Below are positions 1 to 8,087 of a stretch of 63,987 nt of DNA, piece by piece. Positions within the stretch are counted from its first letter, which is position 1; each line of letters opens with the position of its first letter. This stretch comes from Mycobacteriales bacterium (GTDB lineage Bacteria; Actinomycetota; Actinomycetes; Mycobacteriales; QHCD01). The stretch covers positions 1-63,987 of the forward strand of contig JBBSHJ010000005.1 of assembly GCA_038253135.1 (NCBI GenBank), read 5' to 3'. The notes under the pieces were generated by a model. It ran no database searches and had not been told where the DNA came from. It saw only the letters and a list, made by a program, of their open reading frames with translations. The position numbers were made by a program, and so were the translations under genes.

Positions 1-166
1 CGATCACGGCGGCGGCCCATTGCTCGCGCGCCCACTCGGGTGTCGCCGCGGCCAACGCGTCTGGTGGCAGCAGCCGCTCGTACGCCGTTGCCCACGTGGA
101 GATCTGGATCCGCGCGATCTCATCCACGTCGTCTGAACGTGCCGGGCGCACGCTGACATCGGCCAC
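1..166 (-). CDS. GNAT family N-acetyltransferase (N-terminal part only; gene runs off the window edge)
   Basis: Minus-strand translation from GTG at 166 gives VADVSVRPARSDDVDEIARIQISTWATAYERLLPPDALAAATPEW..., a typical GNAT N-terminus. A GGTGGGAAG-like RBS lies upstream. Absent from the ORF track because it is truncated. Confidence 0.45.
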   Translation of the reverse strand, partial: MADVSVRPARSDDVDEIARIQISTWATAYERLLPPDALAAATPEWAREQWAAAVI

Positions 167-192
167 GCTTCCCACCTTACGGGGACCGTGAC

Positions 193-1467
193 TCAACGCC
201 CGCCGGAGGCCAGCGAAGCGAATGCGTCCGGGTGTTGCAGCCAACCGACGGCGATACCGTTCGACAGCACGTTTCCACAGCTCCTCGTGGTCACGACGAC
301 GTCGCCGCCGCTCGGATAATGCAGGATGACGGCGTAGTAGACCGGAAGCGCGACGCAGCTCCCCGTTGCGCCGAGCGGGCTGATCAGCTGGCTGTCGTTC
401 AGCGCGGACGCCAGTTGTTTGATCCGTGTGGTGATGTACGTCGAGTGGGCAAGGCGGTATCCGCTCCGGACCGATCGATACGTGCACGCGACGGCGGAGA
501 CGGCGCCGTCCGGCGCGAGCTGTATCGATGCGTTCGGTTGGGTCGGGACGAGGGAAGGTGGCGCGTCCGACGGGCAGGTTCTGGTTGCGGCTCGCAGCGT
601 CGTGCGCACGGGCGGTGGTCGACCGCGGGCCGGCGGCGAGCTGCTCTTCCCACTCAATGCCCAGATCGTGTTGCCGGCATATAGCTGGACGTAGGCCGCG
701 CCCGAACCGGTGCCGACCGTCGTGCAGTCGCCGAGAGACGCATCGAGCTCGAACGCCTGCGACGATCCCGGGTATCCGAAATACAGGCGCACGAGCGTTT
801 CCGTAGGATCGCGCGGTGTGCACTTCAGCGTTCCGGCCGATGAGTTGATCATCGCCGACAGCGGCTCGGCGAATGCATCCGCCGTACCTGCCGTCCACAG
901 CGAGTGCTGGCGCGCGTTGTAGGCGCAGACCGTCAATCGCGTCGGCGTCTCCGGCCTCGGAATCAGATACCCGTGCACCCGGCCGGGCTTGGAGAGATCG
1001 GTGGTCGGCGGCTGGGAGGGGCATTGATCGGGATACCTGCCCGCAGCCGGTATGTGGGTGCTCGACCCGCCGTTCAACAGCGCGTCAATGAGCCCGTCGG
1101 TCGTCGGGCTCGATTGCGTCGAGCGCTTGCCATTGCTGATCGGCTGGCAACCGCCGCGACTTACATTGATCTGCAGGCCGACCTTGCCTGTGCCGTAATC
1201 GACGTAGAGGACGTCGGCCGCGCCGTCATCGTTGCGACAGCTATACACGCCCGGAGTTGACTCCTTGGTGGTGTTCAGAGCCGCGACCAGCGATTGGAGA
1301 CTGGCTCCGGCGGCCTTGGCCGACCGGTTCAAGGTTCCGGCCGGATTCGGCAGGTTGAGCCCCCAGTAGCTGCAGACAAGGATTTCTTTGGGTCTCCGGG
1401 CACAAGTGTCTGGGCTGCGCCGTCGATCGACGGCACCGGCAGGGCATAGGCGAGCCGGTCCGGGCAC
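193..1467 (-). CDS. Four-cysteine repeat protein, segment 3 (rest of module 5, modules 6-7)
   Basis: ORF 193..1467. No signal peptide. Begins mid-module (..KEILVCSYWG..) directly after the TLVPGDPK that ends the previous ORF in another frame. Ends ...YAVILHYPSGGDVVVTTRSCGNVLSNG... Confidence 0.5.
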   Translation of the reverse strand: MPGPARLCPAGAVDRRRSPDTCARRPKEILVCSYWGLNLPNPAGTLNRSAKAAGASLQSLVAALNTTKESTPGVYSCRNDDGAADVLYVDYGTGKVGLQINVSRGGCQPISNGKRSTQSSPTTDGLIDALLNGGSSTHIPAAGRYPDQCPSQPPTTDLSKPGRVHGYLIPRPETPTRLTVCAYNARQHSLWTAGTADAFAEPLSAMINSSAGTLKCTPRDPTETLVRLYFGYPGSSQAFELDASLGDCTTVGTGSGAAYVQLYAGNTIWALSGKSSSPPARGRPPPVRTTLRAATRTCPSDAPPSLVPTQPNASIQLAPDGAVSAVACTYRSVRSGYRLAHSTYITTRIKQLASALNDSQLISPLGATGSCVALPVYYAVILHYPSGGDVVVTTRSCGNVLSNGIAVGWLQHPDAFASLASGGR

Positions 1468-2546
1468 TCCGCCGGCGGAGGAGCCTCAGGAGGCGGTGGC
1501 GTCTCCGTCACCCCCGGCGTCGTCGGCGCGATGCTCGCTGGCGTCGTTGTCCGCGGCTCGAAGGACATTCCGCCGCCGCTGCCAAGAAGCTCAGCAATGA
1601 GGGATCGCGCACCATCGCTTATGTCGGCCCCGAGGAGCTGGTTGCTCACGGTCCGACAGTTGGGATCGCTGACGAGCGTCATGGCCACGCCACCATCGTA
1701 TTCGGCGTACGCCACTACGCGATCGTCTCCTCTCGGCGGGCAGCTGTGTGCGCCGTTGTCGATGGCGCCGTGATTGAGCAAGGAAATCAGGCTCGACGTC
1801 TTTGCTCCTGTGCGTGCCGCCTTGGCAAGTGGACCGGGTCCGGTGTTTGTGTGTCGATAGCTGCAGAGCAGGATGTTGCTCGGGACTCCGGGCACCAGCG
1901 CGGTGCTGGCTCCGCTGACCGGCGGCAGCGGGAGCACCGGCGGAGTTGTCGCCGGGGCTGCGGGATCGGCTGGCGGGCACCGGGTGGGAGCACGAGTGAG
2001 CGCCGAGGGAATCGGATGCTGGCTCGCGATGGTGAGCGCGGTTTGTGGCGCATCGGTGTCAACGGCGACAGCGAACTCGCTGTTGGTCACGTTGGCGGAG
2101 GCCAGATCGATGTCCACGGTGATCGGTGTCGGCGCCGCGGTGGTTCGAACCATCGCGATGACGGTCGGAGCGCTACCGTCGGTGCCGCTGTGCGCCGCGT
2201 GGGGCGATCCACGCAGGTCCCCGACCAGGCGGGTCAGACTGGCACCGGATGCGGACCCCCAGCCGGTCAGGATCTGCGCGTGGTTGGGATCGCCCTCGTA
2301 CCGGCAAAGGACTGCACTCAGTGGGATGCCAGGGACAAGTGCCTTGTCGGCCCCGGGAACGCCTGACCGCGGCAGCGGGCCGAGGGCGACGGTGTCAGGA
2401 CAGTCTTGACGCGAGTACGACGACGGGTTGGGGTTGGGACCGCTCGTGCCGGCGGCGAAAACCTTGTTGATGACGCTCTCGGTGGACTGGGAGCGATCGG
2501 CATAAACCAGACCATTACTCATCGCGCCGCACACTCTGGTTCGCAC
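1329..2546 (-). CDS. Four-cysteine repeat protein, segment 2 (second half of module 2, modules 3-4, first part of module 5)
   Basis: ORF 1329..2546. No signal peptide or TM of its own. Its frame stays open upstream of the listed GTG and there encodes GGLYITYPGGRTVVVRTRVCGAMSNG, the missing second half of the preceding module. Contains ALVPGIPLSAVLCRYEG and ALVPGVPSNILLCSYRH. Confidence 0.5.
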   Translation of the reverse strand: MRTRVCGAMSNGLVYADRSQSTESVINKVFAAGTSGPNPNPSSYSRQDCPDTVALGPLPRSGVPGADKALVPGIPLSAVLCRYEGDPNHAQILTGWGSASGASLTRLVGDLRGSPHAAHSGTDGSAPTVIAMVRTTAAPTPITVDIDLASANVTNSEFAVAVDTDAPQTALTIASQHPIPSALTRAPTRCPPADPAAPATTPPVLPLPPVSGASTALVPGVPSNILLCSYRHTNTGPGPLAKAARTGAKTSSLISLLNHGAIDNGAHSCPPRGDDRVVAYAEYDGGVAMTLVSDPNCRTVSNQLLGADISDGARSLIAELLGSGGGMSFEPRTTTPASIAPTTPGVTETPPPPEAPPPAECPDRLAYALPVPSIDGAAQTLVPGDPKKSLSAATGGSTCRIRPEP

Positions 2547-3519
2547 GACAACGGTTCGTCCGCCCGGGTACGTGATATATAACCCACCTGGTGGGTTTGG
2601 GGATTTCGGGTAGGCATTTGCGCGAATCGAGCCCGGCGGCCGTTACCTGCTTTGCACTATTTAGTGCCGACACGAGGCCACCGAGGTAGTCACCCGCGAG
2701 CGCCGATCGGTCGATCGGGCCGTCGGAGCCCTCGGAATATCGACAGAGAAGAATGCCGGTGGGATGGCCCGGCACGAGCTTGCTGTCACCGCCGGCAACC
2801 GCGGGTAATGAGGCGTAACCGTTGTCGGCCATCGGACATTCGTCGGGCGCAGCGCTCGCACCGGACGCCAGTGGATGCGCCGATGCCAGGTCGAGGGCTG
2901 TCGCGCCAGCATCTGAAATCAAGGTGAAGCGCCGGCCCGAGGCCGAGATCGCCCCGCCGCACGAGGCTGTGGAGACATCGATGCGCTGGCGCCGCTCGTG
3001 CCCCGGATAGGTCAGGTGGATGCTGACGATCGGGCCCGGGCCGCCCAGGCAGCGGATCGACCCCGGTCTGGCGTTCGCCAACTGCTTCACCAGCGCGGCC
3101 AGTCGCGAGCCCGAGTTGCCCCAGCCCGTCAGCACCATCGCCGAGTTCGCGCCCGCCGGTTCGTACCGGCACAGCGTCGCGCTCTCGGGGGCACCGGTGA
3201 CGACCTCCGTTTCCGCTGCCCCGGATCGGGTGGTTTTTTGTGGCGTCAGTTTGGCGGCACAGACTTCAGGAACTGCCGCGCCGACCGCATCCTGGTGCGT
3301 CCCTCGGGCTGCTGGAATGAAGACGGTCGGCACGAGCACGCCGAGCACCAAGACCACGACCGCACCAGCTGCCATCCACCACCTTCGCGGCTCGTGCGGC
3401 GTCGGCGCGGGCTCGGGATCGAGATCATCCACGTGCCTCACCCGCCGGCCGGTGTGCGTCGGTGCGGGATGCGATCGGCGAGCCGCCGTGGTGCCGTCGA
3501 CTCGCCCACCGCGAGGCAT
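2515..3519 (-). CDS. Membrane-anchored four-cysteine repeat protein, segment 1 (cytoplasmic tail, one TM helix, modules 1 and first half of 2)
   Basis: ORF 2515..3519. TM helix RRWWMAAGAVVVLVLGVLVPTVFIP, followed by modules containing VVTGAPESATLCRYEP / KLVPGHPTGILLCRYSEG, ...SIRCLGG..., ...SCGGAISASG. See findings for the argument that it continues into the next ORF. Confidence 0.6.
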   Translation of the reverse strand: MPRGGRVDGTTAARRSHPAPTHTGRRVRHVDDLDPEPAPTPHEPRRWWMAAGAVVVLVLGVLVPTVFIPAARGTHQDAVGAAVPEVCAAKLTPQKTTRSGAAETEVVTGAPESATLCRYEPAGANSAMVLTGWGNSGSRLAALVKQLANARPGSIRCLGGPGPIVSIHLTYPGHERRQRIDVSTASCGGAISASGRRFTLISDAGATALDLASAHPLASGASAAPDECPMADNGYASLPAVAGGDSKLVPGHPTGILLCRYSEGSDGPIDRSALAGDYLGGLVSALNSAKQVTAAGLDSRKCLPEIPKPTRWVIYHVPGRTNRCRANQSVRRDE

Positions 3520-3740
3520 GTGCCGTTGTCGGCGGAGACACAGCCGTCTGGCGATCGCCGGTCAGCAGCCACCGCCACGAACGTGCGGAGATCGGCACCC
3601 ACTGCCTCCTCCTCCGGACCGGTCCTCATCATCTAGACGCCGTGGGTGGCCCAAAGGGTTGCGTGCTGAGGGTCTGGGCATCGCGGCGCACCTCCCGACC
3701 GCGCACCGCACGGCGTACCCGTCAGGTCATACGCCTCAAT

Positions 3741-3758
3741 CCCGGCCTTCGGGTCGGG
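3741..3758 (-). terminator. Stem-loop 18 nt downstream of the L,D-transpeptidase stop (candidate intrinsic terminator, no U-tract)
   Basis: Plus-strand cccggccTTCGgggtcggg. A 7-bp stem (one G-U pair) closes a UUCG/CGAA tetraloop. Confidence 0.35.
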
Positions 3759-3775
3759 TTCGGGGCGCGATCAGG

Positions 3776-4504
3776 TCACATCTTGAGCACGTCGCGGTAC
3801 GGGCCCATTGCGATCCGGGGGTGGGACCACGGCTTCATCCACCGCAGCAGGTTGACCATGACGCCGCGCGGCATGGACACGCAGCCGGCCGTCGAGCCGC
3901 CGTCCCACACGTGCAGGAAGAACGCCGATCCCCTGCCCTTGACGATCGGATAGCGGTTGTAGCTGATGAAGGCCGCGTAGGAGTAGACACCGACCTGCCA
4001 GAGCCGCTCACCCGAGCCGAGGTGGAAGTCGGCGTTGTCGGTCGTGAGCAGGTTGTAATAACGGGAGCTGGTGTCATCGACGAAGACGTCGCCGTACCGG
4101 TCCGCGTGCCACGGCAGCGCCGTACCCGGATTGGCGTTGTTGCCGAACGCCCACGGCACGGTGAAAAAGCCAACCGGCGTCGTACCGGAGCCCTCGTGGG
4201 TGCTCGTGGAGAAGCCGTTGTAACCGATCCGCACATAGGTGTCGTTGACGTGCGTGCGCCAGGTGCCGTGGACCTTCTCGTACGCTCGCAGCACCGCCCA
4301 GTCGCCCGATCCCTTGTTGGTCACGGTGATGACCTGGGTCGAGCCCTTGGTGTCGGCCATGTGCGCGGCGATGATCGGCACGGTGCTCCTGTGTGCGGTG
4401 GCGGCGTTCGCCGGGGCGACGGCGAGGGCGAGCAATCCAACGGCGACGAGGGCCGCGAGCGGTCCGCGGGTACGACGTCGCGGGCCCGCGTGGGTTGTAG
4501 TCAC
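3776..4504 (-). CDS. L,D-transpeptidase (YkuD domain), secreted
   Basis: ORF 3776..4570 trimmed to GTG 4504, just past the upstream gene stop at 4515. Signal peptide RRRTRGPLAALVAVGLLALAVAPANA. Catalytic motif GSAFFLHVWDGGSTAGCVSM (His...Cys). Confidence 0.8.
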   Translation of the reverse strand: MTTTHAGPRRRTRGPLAALVAVGLLALAVAPANAATAHRSTVPIIAAHMADTKGSTQVITVTNKGSGDWAVLRAYEKVHGTWRTHVNDTYVRIGYNGFSTSTHEGSGTTPVGFFTVPWAFGNNANPGTALPWHADRYGDVFVDDTSSRYYNLLTTDNADFHLGSGERLWQVGVYSYAAFISYNRYPIVKGRGSAFFLHVWDGGSTAGCVSMPRGVMVNLLRWMKPWSHPRIAMGPYRDVLKM

Positions 4505-4514
4505 CCGGCAGAGG

Positions 4515-5198
4515 CTAGGGCGCCGAGCGGGCCCGGTCGCTCTCCTCGAGCACAGCATCGGGCATTTCATCCGTTCGGGCGCGCTCGGTCCGCTCGTGCC
4601 GGCGCTTGGCGATCCTCCGGTAGGCCACTATGACGATCAGCGCCCCCAGCACCGCGAGCGGGCCCCACGTCAGGTATTTCTCGACCGTGCTCAGTGCGCC
4701 GGCGAACAGGTAGCCGAGCAGCACGCACGTCGTACCCCAGAGCGCTCCGCCGAGCGCGTTCCACGGCAGGAAGGTCCGGTACGGCATCCGGGCCATGCCG
4801 GCCATGCTCGGGACCAGCGCCCGCAGCAATGCCACGGCCCGCCCGAGCAGGACGGCCTTGCCGCCGTGCCGGTGCAGGAACGCGTCGCCCTTGCCCCATC
4901 GGCTCTCGCCGACGACGAGGCCGACCCGGGACTGGCGCAGCCGGGGGCCGAACCACCGGCCGAACTCGTAGCCGACCGAGTCGCCCACGATGGCGCAGGC
5001 GATCGCGACCGCGATCATGACGGCGAGATTGAGTGGGCCCTCGTGGCAGAAGTATCCGGCAACGAGCAGCGCGGTCTCTCCGGGCAGCACGACGCCGACC
5101 AGGATGGCCGCCTCGGCGAAGGCGAGCCCGCCGGCGATGAGATAGAGCCAGTTGCCCACAGCGTCGCCGATGCGCTGCAGGTATTCGGTGATGTGCAT
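4515..5198 (-). CDS. DedA family membrane protein
   Basis: ORF 4515..5294 trimmed to ATG 5198 (MHITEYLQRIGDAVGNW...). Multi-TM protein with ..LPGETALLVAGYF.. and ..GYEFGRWFG.. DedA/SNARE-associated signatures. Confidence 0.8.
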   Translation of the reverse strand: MHITEYLQRIGDAVGNWLYLIAGGLAFAEAAILVGVVLPGETALLVAGYFCHEGPLNLAVMIAVAIACAIVGDSVGYEFGRWFGPRLRQSRVGLVVGESRWGKGDAFLHRHGGKAVLLGRAVALLRALVPSMAGMARMPYRTFLPWNALGGALWGTTCVLLGYLFAGALSTVEKYLTWGPLAVLGALIVIVAYRRIAKRRHERTERARTDEMPDAVLEESDRARSAP

Positions 5199-5335
5199 GC
5201 CGTCCCGTCTCGTCCCTCGGTGCCACGTCGAGTGTCGCATTCGTGCTGGTACGACGGGAGCGACTTTGGTTCTGACCTCCACGAAGCGGGTCAATCGGTG
5301 CCCGGGTGTCGTGGGGTGTCGATAGCCTCCCGTCC

Positions 5336-6562
5336 ATGCGGGTGCCCGGTGGTCCGGTGGTGCGGGAGAGCCTGAGCCGGAGCCAGGCGCGCCGGATCGC
5401 GCTCGCCGCGCAGGGTTTCGCCGAGGCGCGCCCGGGTGGCCGGGTCGATGCGCGGCACATCCGGCGCGTGCTCGACCGCGTCGCCGTGCTGCAGCTCGAC
5501 TCGGTCAACGTGCTTGCCCGCACGCACTACCTGCCGGTGTTCTCCCGCCTCGGCAGCTACCCGCGCTCGTTGCTCGATCGGATGGCCTGGGGCGGTCCGC
5601 GGCGCGAGATGTTCGAGTACTGGGCGCACATGGCCTCCCTGGTGCCGCTCGCGCTGCAACCGTTGCTGCGGTGGCGCATGCGGGCCGCCGCGGAACGGCC
5701 GTGGGGCGACATCCAGCGGTTGGAGGAGCGGCGGCCGGGATTCCTGGACGAGGTGCGGACCCACCTCGCGGCCCATGGCCCGATCGGCAGCGGCGCGCTC
5801 GACCCTGATCGGCCGCGCGGTCCACGCGGGATGTGGAGCTGGCACGACGGCAAGGAGGCGCTGGAGTGGCTGTTCTACGTCGGCGAGGTCACCACCGCTG
5901 CCCGGCCGCACTTCGAGCGGCTCTACGACCTGACCGAGCGGGTGCTGCCCGCCGCGGTGCTCGGCGCGCCGACGCCTCCGACCGAGGACGCGCAGCGCGA
6001 GCTGATCCGGGTCGCGGCCCGCTGCCACGGCGTCGCCACGGAGCCCGAGCTGCGCGACTACTTCCGGCTCAAGCCGGCGGCCTCCCAGGCACGGGTGGCC
6101 GAGCTGGTGGCGTCCGGGGAGTTGCGGCCGGTCCGCGTGGACGGCGTACCCGTGCCGGCCTACCTCTCCCCGCACGCCAGCCTTCCGCGGTGGGTGCGCG
6201 CTCGCGCCCTGCTCTCGCCCTTCGACTCGCTGGTGTGGGAGCGCGCCCGCACCGAGCGGCTGTTCGGCTTGCGCTACCGGATCGAGATCTACGTGCCGCC
6301 GGCGAAGCGGATCCACGGCTATTACGTGCTGCCGTTCCTTCTCGATGACGCGCTGGTCGCGCGGGTCGATCTGAAGTCCGACCGGGGGGCCGGAGCGTTG
6401 CTGGTGCAGGCGGCGTACGCCGAGCCGGGTCACGACCGAGAGCGCGTGGTGACCGCGCTCGCCGACGAGCTCCGCCTGATGGCCGGCTGGCTCGGCCTGT
6501 CCGCGGTGTCCGTGACCGGGCGGGGTGACCTCGGCTTGGCGCTGGCCGCCGAGATCGGCTGA
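5336..6562 (+). CDS. Winged-helix DNA glycosylase, YcaQ/AlkZ family (DUF1006)
   Basis: ORF 5306..6562 with ATG at 5336. LSRSQARRIALAAQGF...LQLDSVNVLARTHYLPVFSRLG...YYVLPFLLDDALVARVDLK match my memory of the YcaQ family. Confidence 0.7.
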   Translation: MRVPGGPVVRESLSRSQARRIALAAQGFAEARPGGRVDARHIRRVLDRVAVLQLDSVNVLARTHYLPVFSRLGSYPRSLLDRMAWGGPRREMFEYWAHMASLVPLALQPLLRWRMRAAAERPWGDIQRLEERRPGFLDEVRTHLAAHGPIGSGALDPDRPRGPRGMWSWHDGKEALEWLFYVGEVTTAARPHFERLYDLTERVLPAAVLGAPTPPTEDAQRELIRVAARCHGVATEPELRDYFRLKPAASQARVAELVASGELRPVRVDGVPVPAYLSPHASLPRWVRARALLSPFDSLVWERARTERLFGLRYRIEIYVPPAKRIHGYYVLPFLLDDALVARVDLKSDRGAGALLVQAAYAEPGHDRERVVTALADELRLMAGWLGLSAVSVTGRGDLGLALAAEIG

Positions 6563-6572
6563 CCCGCGTCTT

Positions 6573-8009
6573 TTAGGCCGGCGACTCCGACTTGTCGCCG
6601 GACCAGTCGAGGTGGAACGCGCCGGCGGCGTCGATCCGCTCGTAGGTGTGCGCCCCGAACAGGTCGCGCAGACCCTGCACCAGCGCGGCCGGCAGCCGCT
6701 CGCTGCGCAGCGCGTCGTAGTACGCCAGCGCGGAGGAGAATCCCGGCACCGGCACTCCGGACCGCACCGCCGTCGCCACGACCCGGCGCCACGCCTCGTG
6801 GCCGTGCGCCACAGCGTCCCGGAAGTACGGGGCCAGCAGCAACGACGGCAGCTCGCCGTTCTCGGCGTACGCCTCCTTGATGCGGTCCAGAAAGGTGGCC
6901 CGGATGATGCAACCGCCGCGCCAGATCGTCGCCATCGCGCCGAGGTCGATCTCCCAGCCGTATTCCTGCGCCCCCGCCAGCATCATGTCGAAGCCTTGGG
7001 CGTAGGCGACCACCTTGGACGCGTAGAGCGCCGCGCGTACGTCGTCCACGAAGCCGGCCGCGGGCGCGGGCGGCGAGTCCGGTCCCGGCAGCTGCCCCTG
7101 GGCGGGCCGGCGCTGCTCCGCGTGCCCGGACAGCGACCGGGCGAAGACGGCCTCGGCGATGCCCGAGACCGGGGTGCCGAGGTCGAGGGCGATCTGGACG
7201 GTCCAGCGGCCGGTGCCCTTCTGCTCGGCCGCGTCGCGGATCACGTCCACCATCGGTGCGCCGGTGCGCGGATCCGGGGTGGCGAGCACGTCGGCGGTGA
7301 TCTCGATCAGGAAGGAGTCGAGATCGCCGGTCTTCCACTGGGAAAAGACGTTCGCGATCTCGCCGGGCTTCATGTCCGCGACCGAGCGCAGCAGGTGGAA
7401 GGACTCGGCAATGAGCTGCATGTCGGCGTACTCGATGCCGTTGTGCACCATCTTGACGAAGTGGCCGGCGCCGTCCGTGCCGACGTGCGTGCAGCACGGC
7501 GTGCCGTCGACGTCTGCGGCGATCGACTCGAGGATCGGCCCGAGGGTCCGGTAGGCCTCGGCGCTGCCGCCGGGCATGATGCTCGGGCCGAGGAGGGCGC
7601 CCTCCTCGCCGCCCGAGATGCCGGCGCCGACGAAGTAGATGCCCTTCTCCCGCAGCGCCGCCTCGCGCCGCCGGGTGTCGGCGAAGTGGGCGTTGCCCCC
7701 GTCGACGATAATGTCGCCGGGGGAGAGCCGCTGCGCGAGCTCGTCGATCACGGCGTCGGTCGGCGCGCCCGCCTGCACCATGATGATGACCGTGCGGGGC
7801 TCCTTGAGCGCTCCGACCAGATCCTCCGTCGTCTCGGCCGGAACGAACGCGCCTTCGTCGCCGTACCGCTCGATCAGATCAGTCATCCGGCTCGTCGTGC
7901 GGTTGTGAACCGCGACGCTATGCCCGTGCCGGGCGAGGTTGCGGGCCAGGTTGCGGCCCATCGTCGCGAGTCCCGTGACGCCGATGTCGGCGGTTGCCTG
8001 TGAGGTCAT
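6573..8009 (-). CDS. gnd: 6-phosphogluconate dehydrogenase, NADP+-dependent, decarboxylating
   Basis: 478 aa. GVTGLATMGRNLARNL Rossmann motif. ...GGNAHFADTRRR...GAGISGGEEGALLGPSIMPGG...HFVKMVHNGIEYADMQLI.. are classic Gnd blocks. Confidence 0.95.
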   Translation of the reverse strand: MTSQATADIGVTGLATMGRNLARNLARHGHSVAVHNRTTSRMTDLIERYGDEGAFVPAETTEDLVGALKEPRTVIIMVQAGAPTDAVIDELAQRLSPGDIIVDGGNAHFADTRRREAALREKGIYFVGAGISGGEEGALLGPSIMPGGSAEAYRTLGPILESIAADVDGTPCCTHVGTDGAGHFVKMVHNGIEYADMQLIAESFHLLRSVADMKPGEIANVFSQWKTGDLDSFLIEITADVLATPDPRTGAPMVDVIRDAAEQKGTGRWTVQIALDLGTPVSGIAEAVFARSLSGHAEQRRPAQGQLPGPDSPPAPAAGFVDDVRAALYASKVVAYAQGFDMMLAGAQEYGWEIDLGAMATIWRGGCIIRATFLDRIKEAYAENGELPSLLLAPYFRDAVAHGHEAWRRVVATAVRSGVPVPGFSSALAYYDALRSERLPAALVQGLRDLFGAHTYERIDAAGAFHLDWSGDKSESPA

Positions 8010-8027
8010 GCCTCGATCCTGCCTGTC

Positions 8028-8062
8028 GGGAGCGGCATCCGTCGATGGGGTACGCCGCTCCC
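8028..8062 (-). terminator. Perfect 9-bp stem-loop between the DUF4097 gene end and the gnd start
   Basis: GGGAGCGGC-(17 nt)-GCCGCTCCC, 26 nt downstream of the stop at 8088. No U-tract. Confidence 0.4.
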
Positions 8063-8087
8063 GGTCGAGGCGATTCCGGCTCAGGCG

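Noticed and set aside
3438-3632. Small ORF with a very strong GGAGGAGGAGG RBS followed by GTG (VGADLRTFVAVAADRRSPDGCVSADNGTC...), overlapping the start of the repeat-protein gene in another frame.
   Set aside because: It could be a coupled upstream peptide or a further frame-shifted N-terminal extension of the repeat protein. It has no recognisable domain and I cannot distinguish these possibilities from sequence alone, so I did not report it as a feature.
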